A stretch of DNA of 64,000 bases from NCBI GenBank assembly GCA_964490215.1, contig CAZBAM010000002.1:12403-76402 (forward strand), given 5' to 3'. Positions 54,419-63,857 of the stretch are shown here, one piece after another. Under the pieces are notes generated by a model. That model saw nothing but the letters and a program-made list of their open reading frames with translations. It searched no databases and had not been told where the DNA came from. Made by a program: the position numbers and the translations under genes. Within the stretch, counting starts at the first letter, position 1; each line of letters starts with the position of its first letter. The stretch comes from Candidatus Micrarchaeota archaeon (lineage in GTDB: Archaea; Micrarchaeota; Micrarchaeia; Anstonellales; Bilamarchaeaceae).

Positions 54419-55789
54419 CTAAGGGCCGTAGCAGCGGACGACTACTGATATGTCCGCGGTCACCGGGATGTTCCTGTTGGGGTTGTTTATTATGAGATAG
54501 ACGGAATCCTTCGTGTCCCTGTACACGTCACCCGCCCCGCCCAGCACACCCTTGCCGCCGTAGCTGTAGCTGAACGCCGCCCCGTCCTTGTAGTCCTGAT
54601 AGCCCTCGCGGTCGGTCACGAACCAGTCCATGGACCCTGACTCGGAACGCAGCGTCACGTTGTACATGCAGAACTTGTGGACGCTGTCCCACAGGCCTGA
54701 CATCTCGCGGTAGTGCGTCCAGCCCGGGTTGATTATCTTGGTCTCCTGCACCAGCGTCCACGGGCCGTATTCCACGCGGGCTGTCTCTGGCGGGGTTGGC
54801 TCCTCGGCAGGGCCGCTGCAGGGGTCTATCTCAAACGTCTGCGTGCCGTTCAGGCACCCCTCTATGGTGTCGCCCGGGTAGTACGCGCCCGCTGTGTCTG
54901 CCAGCACCCAATACACGGTCTCGTTGTTCTCGGTGTGGTGGTAGAAGTGCAGGGTGGCGTTGGAAGCGTCCTCGTAGTGGGACCGCACGGCCTTGAAGAA
55001 CACGTCCTTGTTGCTCTCGTTCCCCAGATAGACCAGCGGGAACGCGTGGCTGCAGTCCGGCACGATGAGCACCTTGGCGCTGCCCCCTATCGCCTCTATC
55101 ATGGAGGCGACGAGGACCGCCTGGTTCTTGCAGTCCCCGGACTTCGTCTGCAGCGTCTCGTTCGGCGGGTAGGGCATGCTCATGTCCAGCGGGACGTTCT
55201 GGTAGAATACGTTCCTGTTCACCCAGTCATAGACGTCCATTATCTGGTTGACCGAGAAGGCCCCAGGATGCCCGGATATGGCCTGGGCCGCCGCGCTCCT
55301 GACCGCCAGGTCCACTGGCGTGAACCGTTCGCAGTATTGCACGTAGGTGTCGCACGGCTCGCTCGCGTTGTTGGTGTTGCACACGTAATATCCGGGTTCG
55401 TCCAGCCGCTGCGGTGCCGGGCAGTCCGCGGCCGCATACACCATCGTGCCGTCAGGGCATTCCACCATCGGCGGGCAGTCGCCCGCGCTCGCGGCCACGG
55501 TGCCGTCCGCGCACACGTACTCGTCGCTGTCGCACATGTCGTTGGCGTTCGCGTCCAGGCAGCAGACGCTGCCGCTCTTTATGTAAGGCGCGTCGCAGGT
55601 CGTGGGGTTGATGATGTCGCAGCAGCCTGCCAGCACCATGAACGCGCACGCGAGCGCGAAAACGATCGTTCGCACGGAACCATCATCAACGTAATGGAAT
55701 AAAATCCCCCCGCTCCTCACTCCGCCCCGTTCCCCTGCCAGTTCCCCCTGCGTTTCCTCTGCGGCCCACTTGTTCGGCGCTCCGAACAA
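54419..55789 (-). CDS. Secreted/membrane-anchored transglutaminase-like cysteine protease domain protein with an N-terminal Cys-rich region
   Basis: Transglutaminase core SGDCKNQAVLVASMIEAIG with downstream H (CSHAFP) and D; N-terminal TM/signal plus many Cys. Confidence 0.55.
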   Translation of the reverse strand: MFGAPNKWAAEETQGELAGERGGVRSGGILFHYVDDGSVRTIVFALACAFMVLAGCCDIINPTTCDAPYIKSGSVCCLDANANDMCDSDEYVCADGTVAASAGDCPPMVECPDGTMVYAAADCPAPQRLDEPGYYVCNTNNASEPCDTYVQYCERFTPVDLAVRSAAAQAISGHPGAFSVNQIMDVYDWVNRNVFYQNVPLDMSMPYPPNETLQTKSGDCKNQAVLVASMIEAIGGSAKVLIVPDCSHAFPLVYLGNESNKDVFFKAVRSHYEDASNATLHFYHHTENNETVYWVLADTAGAYYPGDTIEGCLNGTQTFEIDPCSGPAEEPTPPETARVEYGPWTLVQETKIINPGWTHYREMSGLWDSVHKFCMYNVTLRSESGSMDWFVTDREGYQDYKDGAAFSYSYGGKGVLGGAGDVYRDTKDSVYLIINNPNRNIPVTADISVVVRCYGP

Positions 55790-55871
55790 GGGGCCCAGGG
55801 AACGAAGCGTCGTTCCCTGCGGAAATGAGCCGGAAAAACCCGCTTAAATACCACCCCCGCAAATCTTCCCC

Positions 55872-57911
55872 ATGCCTTATTTCCGCCACGACCACGTGCG
55901 CCCCCACCAGAAGGAGCTGATGGAGGACATCTATTCGGCAATATGCGACGGCAGGAACTTCATGGCTCAGGCGCCCACGGGCAGCGGGAAGACCGACGCG
56001 GCGCTTTCGGCAGCCATAACCTGCGCCCTGGAGCGGAACCAGACGGTCTTTTTCCTCACGCCCAAGATATCACAGCACCGCATCGCGCTTGACGTCGTGC
56101 GCGGCATCGCGAAAAAGCATTCGCTCCAGCTGCGGGCCGTGGACATCGTGGGCAGGTTCCACTGCTGCATAGACCGGTCGCTCTCCCAGCTTGACAACGA
56201 GAGCTTCCAGAACGCGTGCGCCAGGAGGCGGAAGAAGCAGGAGTGCATTTTCTACGGGAACGCGCGGGGCTACGGCCGCCTTGGCGAGCTTAAGGCCGAG
56301 CTGGCGTTCAGGAAGGCCATTGGCGGCTACGGTGCAGCCAGGGGCCACGAAGAGCTCATCGCCCTCGGCATGGAGCACGGCTGCTGCCCCTACGAATGGC
56401 TGCTGAAGCTGGGCGAATCGTCCAACGTGATAATCGCGGACTACTACCACCTCATGGTGCCGAAGATACGTGACATGTTCCTGGCCAAGGTCAGGAAGCG
56501 GCTTGAGGACTCCATCGTCATAATAGACGAGGCGCACAACCTCGCCTCGCGCGTGCGCGAGAGCATGTCCAGCTCGGTGAACGGCTTCACGTTCATGCGC
56601 GTGAGGAAGGAGATGCGCTCGCTCGGCATGGACGCAGGCCCGGTGGACGAGGAGTTCGCGCTCTGGGCAGAGCGGATACTCGCCATGGACGAGGAGCGCA
56701 TCGTCTCCCCGTATTCGCTGCACGATTTCATCGCAGGCTTCGGCCTGACGCTTGACGAGATACTGCCGAAGCTGGCAGAGGCGGGTTTTGACGTCGTGGA
56801 GAAGACCGGCAGGAAGAGCGCCTGCCTGAAGCTCGCAGGCTTCCTGACAGCCTGGGGCGAGGGCGAGGACGAGTGCGTGCGCGTGCTGAAGCGGAAGAAC
56901 GGCAATTTCCACCTTTCAAAGCGACTGCTGGACCCATCGCCGGCCACTAAGGCGCTGAACGCATGCGCCTCGTCCGTGCTCATGAGCGGTACGCTGCTGC
57001 CGCTGCAGATGCACAGGGACGTGCTCGGCCTTGACCCGCAGCGGACCACGATGAAGAGCTACCAGTCGCCCTTCAGCACGGACAGCATAGTGAATATCGT
57101 GACGCCGGACGTGACGACCAGGTATTCGCGGCGCGACGAGGCTGGCTATGCAGCCATAGCAGGCAAGCTTGACCCGGTCATAGAAGCGACGCCGGGCGGC
57201 ACTGCGATATTCTTCCCGTCCTACGTCGTCATGGACGCGGTCCTCCCGCTCATGCGCCAGCGCAGCATGCTGGTTCAGAAAAGCGGCATGAGGCCGCACG
57301 AGGTCAGGCAGATGCTCAAGGACTTCAGGAACTGCCAGCCGGTAGGAGAGGGCAGGGGCATAGGCACGAAGGCCGCGGGCGGCGGGCCGGGTGCTGATGG
57401 AGTGCCGTGTGGGGACAGTGTGCCGGGCAGGGCCGGCGTGCCTGGTGCGGATGGCGTAGGTATGACGGTCGCGGACGGCGTGCCGCGTGGTGGCCGTGTG
57501 CCGTGCGGGCAGGTGCTCTGCGGGGTGCAGGGCGGATCCCTGGCAGAGGGCGTTGATTATTGCGTGGGCGAGATAAAGACCATCGTCATCGTGGGCGTGG
57601 CCCTGGACGAGATGGACGTGGAAAAACGCGCGCTCATAGACTATTACGACGGGAAGTTCGGCAGGGGCTGGGACTACGGCTACCTCTACCCCGGCACCAT
57701 AAAGGCGCTGCAGGCAGCCGGAAGGGCAAGGCGGAAGGAGGGCGACCGCGTCGCCGTGGTCTACATGGACGAGCGCTTCGGGTGGAGCAGGTACTCATGG
57801 ATTTTAAACACGAAAGAGAAAATCGTTGTGTCAGAAAGCCCGGAACACGAGGTCCGGCGCTTCTGGAAAGAAGCCGTGAAAGGAAAAGAAGCAGTGAAAG
57901 CGATGGTGTAG
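55872..57911 (+). CDS. xpd: XPD/Rad3-like (DinG-family) SF2 helicase with 4Fe-4S domain; carries a Gly/Pro/Val-rich repeat insertion
   Basis: Walker A AQAPTGSGKTDAAL; FeS Cys (FHCCID...C...C); DEAH (IIDEAHNL); insertion GIGTKAAGGGPGADGVPCGDSVPGRAGVPGADGVGMTVADGVPRGGRVPCGQ at about 57345..57512. Confidence 0.7.
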   Translation: MPYFRHDHVRPHQKELMEDIYSAICDGRNFMAQAPTGSGKTDAALSAAITCALERNQTVFFLTPKISQHRIALDVVRGIAKKHSLQLRAVDIVGRFHCCIDRSLSQLDNESFQNACARRRKKQECIFYGNARGYGRLGELKAELAFRKAIGGYGAARGHEELIALGMEHGCCPYEWLLKLGESSNVIIADYYHLMVPKIRDMFLAKVRKRLEDSIVIIDEAHNLASRVRESMSSSVNGFTFMRVRKEMRSLGMDAGPVDEEFALWAERILAMDEERIVSPYSLHDFIAGFGLTLDEILPKLAEAGFDVVEKTGRKSACLKLAGFLTAWGEGEDECVRVLKRKNGNFHLSKRLLDPSPATKALNACASSVLMSGTLLPLQMHRDVLGLDPQRTTMKSYQSPFSTDSIVNIVTPDVTTRYSRRDEAGYAAIAGKLDPVIEATPGGTAIFFPSYVVMDAVLPLMRQRSMLVQKSGMRPHEVRQMLKDFRNCQPVGEGRGIGTKAAGGGPGADGVPCGDSVPGRAGVPGADGVGMTVADGVPRGGRVPCGQVLCGVQGGSLAEGVDYCVGEIKTIVIVGVALDEMDVEKRALIDYYDGKFGRGWDYGYLYPGTIKALQAAGRARRKEGDRVAVVYMDERFGWSRYSWILNTKEKIVVSESPEHEVRRFWKEAVKGKEAVKAMV

Positions 57912-59090
57912 ATGCTTTACACAGTCAAATACGCTCCTAAGAACCTTGGCGGGCTGCTTGGCAACGAGGAGAAGGTCGCCCAGGTGAAGAACTGGGTCCT
58001 CCAGTGGCTCAGCGGCAGGAAGAGGAAGCCGCTCCTCGTCTGGGGACCGCCTGGCACAGGCAAGACGTCCCTGGCCTATGCCATAAAACAGGAGTTTGAC
58101 CTTGACCTGCTGGAACTGAACGCCAGCGAGCTGCGCAACCGCGAGCGCGTGGAGCGCATAACTCACGGTGCGTCGCTGGCAGGCGGGCTTTTCGGCCGCG
58201 GCAGGCTCGTCCTAATAGACGACGCGGACGTGCTTGCAGGCCGGGCGGACAGCGGCGGCTCAGGCGCCATTACCGACTTCCTGCGCGAATCGCCCTGCCC
58301 GACCATAGTCACTGCCACTGACGTCTGGGACAAGAAGCTGGCGCCCATACGCAATGAATGTGAAGTCGTTGAATTGAAGCGCGTGAGCAAGGTCTCCATA
58401 CGGAAGCTGCTGGCGCACATCTCTTCCACTGAGAAGCTCGGGCTCTCGGCCGATGCCATAGGCGCCATGGCTGACAACTCGCACGGGGACGTGCGCGCCG
58501 CGCTGAACGACCTCCAGGCACTCACCCCGACCTTGCGCGACACTGAAAAGGACATCTTCACAGTCGTCAGGGACATACTCAAGGCAGAGACCTACGCGGC
58601 TGCCAGGGAAGCGGTCCGCGGGGACCTGGACTACGACTACATAAAACTGTGGATAGACGAAAATATCCCGCTTGAATACGAGACCGCGGCAGACATAGCG
58701 GCCGCCTACGACTCGCTTTCCAAGGCCGACATATTTGACGGCCGGATAAAGAAGCAGAAGTGGCAGCTGCTGAAGTATTCCATAGACCTCGCGACAGCCG
58801 GCGTGGCGCTGGCGAAGTCGCGGCCCTACCGCAAGTTCACGAAATACAATTTCCCGTCCTACCTGAGGAACATGTCAAGGAGCATGGAGCGCAGGGCGAT
58901 GCTGAAGGCGATAGGGACGAAGCTGGGCGCGAGGCTGCACACCGGACGGAAGGCCGCGCTCTATTACCTGCCCCTGATAAAGGAATACGGGAAGGACGAG
59001 CCCCAGGCTGTCATGGATTTCTACGGCCTTGACGAAGAGCAGTTCGCGTTCATAATGGAGACGAGCGTCAGCCGCGTGAAGCGGAAGTAA
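57912..59090 (+). CDS. rfcL: Replication factor C large subunit
   Basis: W..KYAPK...; Walker A LLVWGPPGTGKTSLA; ELNASELR clamp-loader box. Confidence 0.65.
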   Translation: MLYTVKYAPKNLGGLLGNEEKVAQVKNWVLQWLSGRKRKPLLVWGPPGTGKTSLAYAIKQEFDLDLLELNASELRNRERVERITHGASLAGGLFGRGRLVLIDDADVLAGRADSGGSGAITDFLRESPCPTIVTATDVWDKKLAPIRNECEVVELKRVSKVSIRKLLAHISSTEKLGLSADAIGAMADNSHGDVRAALNDLQALTPTLRDTEKDIFTVVRDILKAETYAAAREAVRGDLDYDYIKLWIDENIPLEYETAADIAAAYDSLSKADIFDGRIKKQKWQLLKYSIDLATAGVALAKSRPYRKFTKYNFPSYLRNMSRSMERRAMLKAIGTKLGARLHTGRKAALYYLPLIKEYGKDEPQAVMDFYGLDEEQFAFIMETSVSRVKRK

Positions 59091-59105
59091 GCAGGTTCAT
59101 TGCGG

Positions 59106-59525
59106 CTAGCTCAGCACACGTGCGACATCGTCGTGGATGAAGCCGCTACCATCGCCGTCGCGCAGCAGCATTATCTGCCATTTTGGGTGCTTGCCAAATT
59201 GCTCGCCTGTCAATTCCATTGCAAGGACCTCGAGCGGCTTGCTGACAATACTGTCCATTGCAGCGCAGACGTTATGGCATGGATTACCCGAATCGGAACT
59301 TGTCATGGAGCAGATCATCCTCCTTTCAAGAAGAAGCGTTTTGCCATTGATTGTGGCGTATACGAGATAAGAGCCTCCATTACTGTTTCCTATACCCTCA
59401 AAAATCGGCGGGTATGGAGACCCCTCTTTGGCGAAAAATAGCCTTGCATCACGAGCATGAACCGCACCAGGAACTTCTTTCAGCCCAGTAAGCACTTTGT
59501 CAAATAATTCTTTTTTAAGTTTCAT
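59106..59525 (-). CDS. Hypothetical small protein in an AT-richer patch (possible C-x10-CH-x2-C zinc-ribbon-like motif)
   Basis: ORF with TATA-like tttttaaataaa about 25 nt upstream on the minus strand; composition differs from the neighbours. Confidence 0.25.
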   Translation of the reverse strand: MKLKKELFDKVLTGLKEVPGAVHARDARLFFAKEGSPYPPIFEGIGNSNGGSYLVYATINGKTLLLERRMICSMTSSDSGNPCHNVCAAMDSIVSKPLEVLAMELTGEQFGKHPKWQIMLLRDGDGSGFIHDDVARVLS

Positions 59526-59593
59526 GCAGATTACCCTGTGCCGTTTTATTTAAAAATCTACCACCTGTCAGACGCCGGCCACCTTGCCACCTG

Positions 59594-62500
59594 TCAGAAG
59601 TCGGTCATCTTCATTTGGCCTTCCTTCGGCTTGGGTTTTGCGGTCTTTTTCAGCTCGTCGGCGACGACGAACGAATCGTCATGCCTCCTCGCCCTGCCGG
59701 CCATCGTGTCTGCAGGAACGAAGGCCTGCGCCCTGCCCCCTGCAATCTCGCCTGCCCGCTTCATGCCGTGCAGTATGCTCTTCATCCTCTTCTCGCGGTT
59801 CTGGGACGCGTAATGGTAGTACTCGTCCCTCGTCCCCTTCGTCATCAGCACGATTACCTCGCCTTCCTTGAGGCGGGCGGCGCGCCCTCTCCGCTGGATG
59901 GTGCGTATCTCGCTGGGAACAGGCTCGTAGAATATGACCGCATCAACCGCAGGTATGTCCAGGCCTTCCTCGCCGATGCTTGACGCGACCATGGCGTCAA
60001 ACTTCCCTGCGCGGAACTCCGCGATGGTCTCCTCCTGCATCTTCCTGGTCACGCCCTCCTTCTTGCCCACGAAACGTTTCGCGCTTATGCCGTTCGCCCT
60101 CAGCACGTCCTCAATGCGCGCTATCTGCGAGCGGTACTGGACGAAGACTATCATCTTCTTCCCTGCGCCGGAGAGCCTCTTCACGGTCTCCACCAGCACC
60201 TTCATCTTGGGGTGGTCCTCGTCCTTCAGGCACAGCTCCTTCACCTTCGCCATCCCGGGCTCGTTCAGGAGCAGTTTCGCTGACTTGCCCTCCTTCGCCT
60301 CCAGCTTCGCTATGTATTCCCGCAGCGGGTAGATGCCCTGGGTCTCAAGCAGTTCGGTCATGTGGAGCAGGTGGAGCAGGGCGTAATACTGCACGAGCGC
60401 AGGGAATTTGATGTTGTGGGGGATGTTGCGTATGCGCTCGCCGAGCGCGAGGAAATTGCCCTTGTGCCTCAGCGGGGGCGGGAATCCCATGCCCGCGAGC
60501 CGCTGCGCGTGTTTTCCGGTGAGCGCGTCCAGTTCGGACTTGAGAGCCCGGAAATGGCCGGACAGGTCCACAGGCACCCAGGTTATCGTGCTTTTCTGCA
60601 CGTACGGCGAGACGTCCGCGTCGTCCTGGCCGCGTATCTCCACATTGGTTATTTTCAGGTTATTCAATACGTCATTTATTCTCTCTCTCCTGCCTCCAGG
60701 TGAGGCGGTGAGGCCCAAGATTAATGTGGTTTGCGGAAGTTTTTCTGCTATGTAAGTGTAAGCATAATCCTTAACCGCCCGATGAGCTTCATCAAATACG
60801 CATAACGAAAAATTCTCCAGGCTGATGCGATTGTTCTGAAGATCATTTTTTATGGTCTGCGGAGTGGAAAAAATCACATCGGCCTGATCATACAGTTCGT
60901 GTCTTTTCTCCGGAGCAACCTCCCCGGTGCATAGAACGAGATTAATGTCGTTTCTGATGAACTGCCTGAATGTTCCCAGGTGTTGTGAAGAAAGCGGTTT
61001 GGTAGGTGCGAGAATGAGGATTTTCTTATCGGGATGGCGGTCCAGACTATGAGCTACAATCAGAGCTGCGATTGAGGTATTATGCGAAATGAGAGCGCCA
61101 TAATCCCCAGCGATGAAATTTCCATTTTCCGTGCATATGTCATAAACCCACTGCGGTTTTTTTACATGAGAAATACTTTTTATTTTATCAAAAGCTATGT
61201 TTGCCTGAAGCAGCTGTTTAAGCATGTCTATTTTTCCGAATGAGCTGGCAGCGCATTTCCATTTTCTGTCCATATAGTCGATAAGCGATAAAAGTTTCTG
61301 CGGGTTTACTGTCGCGGGATTCACCCCCGCCCTTCTCAATTCAAAATTCGTGATCCTCATGGCTGTTATGATTCTCCCTATTCTACCCTGTAGTTCGGTT
61401 CGTTTATCAAGGCGCTTTATCCTACCAGCTGCATAAAGTAAGCGAATATAAGGTGACCCATCTTTGATTTTTGGGAAATATCTGCCCCCGCTCCATGCTT
61501 TGTACTGCTTACCGATAATTTCCGTATCTCTCAAAAAGCTTCTCGTGCCCCTCCCTGTCTTGAGTTGCCCCTTTATATCCAAAATCTCCCTGAAAACGTT
61601 TAGCGCATCCACATCCCGACTAATAGATTGTAATTCCGCCCTTCTTTCTTCCAAAACAGATACGATATACGCCAGCATGTTCCGCGAGGGATTCCGTATG
61701 CCCCTTTCATAGATTCCGAAATCAGACAATTGATTAAAGTCCTTTCCCTTCGAGGTCACAAGGCCCATGCTTTTTCTTATTTCCCCCAGTATTTTGCCGA
61801 CTGGAAGCACATCCACGTTCGTGTTGGCTATTTTTGCCGACTTTGTTATCCTAGCCAGCCGTTCCTTTCTTTCCGGTTGTTTAAAACCTATGTAATCTTC
61901 AAACAATTTGAGGTTTTCTTTGCCCTCAATGTTGATCCGGTAATACGTCCTTTCTTTTGGGTTTGGAGAATTTGTCGCTTTGGATTTTTTTGGTCTGACT
62001 CTGCATACGATGCCAAATCTTAACAAAAGATACGGCAATGCCTGCGCCATTCTTTTGCTTGCAGTCATAAATTCGATGAGCCCATCTTTCCGTACCGAAC
62101 CATCGCCGTCATATAAGCCACAAATAAAAGCGGAGACCACCCCGGCCGGTGCCCTCATTATCGCTTTTGGTACTATCTTGTCTCTTGAATGACAATTAGT
62201 TATGCCGAATGCGGATCTTAGAAAGTAAATAAGGGCAGTTGAACTGACATGTAAACCCCCATCTATTTTTGTGGTTTCCAGGCCAAAAAGGGTTCTTGAA
62301 AGAATTTCGAAATCTTTTAGGATGACCTCGTCTTCATTGTAAAAGTTTATGCCACCATCGAGACGGGCTTCCGCTGTTATCAGACCCAAAAATCGGGCCA
62401 ATTCAGGGGTCAACTCGTCAACTGGCTTCACTACGTCCTTCGAACTTCTGCCTCCTACGCAATAAACCCCCAGAACCTTTCCGTCATACCCGCTTACAAA

Positions 62501-63052
62501 TCTCTTTCCCGGTACGCTCTCAAATACTTTGCAAAAGTCTATTCTGGTTTCATGTGCCGCAGGGCTGATTTTGTTTGGGATGGCCACCCAGTCCTTCAAT
62601 TTCAATTCAGCAGCGCTGACCCATGAAAAATCTTTATCAAAACCAAGAATGAGGTGTTCCGGGGTTACCCGAACCGATATGCCCGCCTCTGTTTCTACTT
62701 CGATGATCTCATCGGCTTTGAATTTACAAAATGCTATGACCTCCGTTGCTTTAATACCATGCTCTGTGAATGAGACGACCCGCAAATCCCGTGATTGATT
62801 GAGCGTGATGGACCCATTATGCATCTGAAAGCCCGGTGAACTTGCCAGTGCTTTTTCAACAAGTTCGCCCATGTACTCCGTCTGGCCGTTTTCCAGAAGT
62901 ATTAAGTCTTCAAAACCATGACATTTTCCCAAACCCGTTGGGAGGACGACTAGTGTATTTTTATCCATTGCAGATCTTGCTATCGCTTCCTGATAATCTC
63001 GTCTCTCGATTACGTTCGGATTAATTAGTGAATGGCTGACGTATTCCTTCAT
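59594..63052 (-). CDS. hef: Hef/FANCM-type SF2 helicase (helicase-only, no ERCC4 nuclease domain) interrupted by a 615-aa intein in the P-loop
   Basis: RRDYQ; LPTGLGK|C...intein...HN|TSIAAL; DEAH (VFDEAHRA); motif VI QRRGRAAR. Extein about 537 aa. Confidence 0.7.
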   Translation of the reverse strand: MKEYVSHSLINPNVIERRDYQEAIARSAMDKNTLVVLPTGLGKCHGFEDLILLENGQTEYMGELVEKALASSPGFQMHNGSITLNQSRDLRVVSFTEHGIKATEVIAFCKFKADEIIEVETEAGISVRVTPEHLILGFDKDFSWVSAAELKLKDWVAIPNKISPAAHETRIDFCKVFESVPGKRFVSGYDGKVLGVYCVGGRSSKDVVKPVDELTPELARFLGLITAEARLDGGINFYNEDEVILKDFEILSRTLFGLETTKIDGGLHVSSTALIYFLRSAFGITNCHSRDKIVPKAIMRAPAGVVSAFICGLYDGDGSVRKDGLIEFMTASKRMAQALPYLLLRFGIVCRVRPKKSKATNSPNPKERTYYRINIEGKENLKLFEDYIGFKQPERKERLARITKSAKIANTNVDVLPVGKILGEIRKSMGLVTSKGKDFNQLSDFGIYERGIRNPSRNMLAYIVSVLEERRAELQSISRDVDALNVFREILDIKGQLKTGRGTRSFLRDTEIIGKQYKAWSGGRYFPKIKDGSPYIRLLYAAGRIKRLDKRTELQGRIGRIITAMRITNFELRRAGVNPATVNPQKLLSLIDYMDRKWKCAASSFGKIDMLKQLLQANIAFDKIKSISHVKKPQWVYDICTENGNFIAGDYGALISHNTSIAALIVAHSLDRHPDKKILILAPTKPLSSQHLGTFRQFIRNDINLVLCTGEVAPEKRHELYDQADVIFSTPQTIKNDLQNNRISLENFSLCVFDEAHRAVKDYAYTYIAEKLPQTTLILGLTASPGGRRERINDVLNNLKITNVEIRGQDDADVSPYVQKSTITWVPVDLSGHFRALKSELDALTGKHAQRLAGMGFPPPLRHKGNFLALGERIRNIPHNIKFPALVQYYALLHLLHMTELLETQGIYPLREYIAKLEAKEGKSAKLLLNEPGMAKVKELCLKDEDHPKMKVLVETVKRLSGAGKKMIVFVQYRSQIARIEDVLRANGISAKRFVGKKEGVTRKMQEETIAEFRAGKFDAMVASSIGEEGLDIPAVDAVIFYEPVPSEIRTIQRRGRAARLKEGEVIVLMTKGTRDEYYHYASQNREKRMKSILHGMKRAGEIAGGRAQAFVPADTMAGRARRHDDSFVVADELKKTAKPKPKEGQMKMTDF
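61079..62923 (-). mobile_element. Intein (615 aa) with LAGLIDADG homing-endonuclease domain, inserted between K43 and T659 of the Hef Walker A motif
   Basis: N-terminal splice residue Cys (GLGK/CHGFEDLILLENG); C-terminal block VYDICTENGNFIAGDYGALISHN/T; LAGLIDADG-like FLGLITAEARLDGG and ICGLYDGDGSV. Confidence 0.7.
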
Positions 63053-63230
63053 GCGTAAAATATTTATGAATCACATTATAAATGCTCCTAACCCAGTCGG
63101 CAATACCACTAGCGTATTGCCTTTCTGCATGATTGAGCTGTATATCGCCAGCTGGTAGGCGCGCGGGATTAGTTCCACATCAGTAATTCGCCGGGGTTCT
63201 TTTTAACCGTTGCAGGGTGCATTTCCGCGG

Positions 63231-63857
63231 CTACAGTGGCGTGCTTTTATAGGCATAGTCACGAGGTGCATCTTCAGGAGGTATCGGCGTGCCCGTCCTT
63301 TGCGCCCCCTCCTTTTTCGCCACTGCCAGCCCTCCCGCTTCTTCAGCTTCCTGTTCAAACCCGCCGTTTTTATAACAACGTGCCGCCGTGGAATACATAC
63401 TTCTGCTGCTGTAATAATCGCCAACTCTTTTCCACGTTGACGCCTTGTCAGCGCCAAGGGCTATTTCAAATATTGCAGCGGTCTCGAAGTCGCAGTCTTC
63501 TCTGGCCCGTTCCACCCTCGTCTTGAGATAATTTTTCTTTTTGAGCAGGTCCGTCCTTCCTGCCGTCACATAGCAGTCGCGTGCCTCCACTGCCCTCCCA
63601 TCCAACATATAACGGTCGCCCGCCTTCTTCCATGCCTTCTCTCCGTCCATGCCGAGGGCTATGTCGCATTCTGCCATGGTGCAATAATCACTGGTCATCC
63701 TGGCGTCATTCCGTTTTTGTTTGAGCTCCTTGCGCGCCGGTCCTGTGTCGGGCTCAGGCTTTTTCAGCCTTAAAATCAGCGCCAGCCGTCTGCCTGCCCC
63801 CCCGAACAATTCCCCCTGCAGTCCTGTGACATCTTTCTGCGTCAATGCACCAGCCAT
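63231..63857 (-). CDS. Hypothetical protein with an internal duplicated motif (CD-x4-ALG-x-D-x3-WK-x-GD-Y)
   Basis: ECDIALGMDGEKAWKKAGDRYM / DCDFETAAIFEIALGADKASTWKRVGDYYS. Confidence 0.25.
   Translation of the reverse strand: MAGALTQKDVTGLQGELFGGAGRRLALILRLKKPEPDTGPARKELKQKRNDARMTSDYCTMAECDIALGMDGEKAWKKAGDRYMLDGRAVEARDCYVTAGRTDLLKKKNYLKTRVERAREDCDFETAAIFEIALGADKASTWKRVGDYYSSRSMYSTAARCYKNGGFEQEAEEAGGLAVAKKEGAQRTGTPIPPEDAPRDYAYKSTPL

Noticed and set aside
54713-55702. 329-aa ORF (+) antisense to the transglutaminase-like gene
   Set aside because: Arg/Val/His-rich spurious frame.
56070-57299. Minus-strand ORFs inside xpd (56070..56912, 56444..57049, 56916..57299)
   Set aside because: Antisense to canonical helicase motifs.
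59594-63052. Hef N-terminal 43 codons plus intein as a separate homing-endonuclease gene upstream of a 5'-truncated helicase
   Set aside because: The reading frame is continuous. The Walker A motif is reconstituted exactly (GLGK + TSIAAL) when the Cys...HN segment is removed, which is diagnostic of an intein rather than a separate gene.
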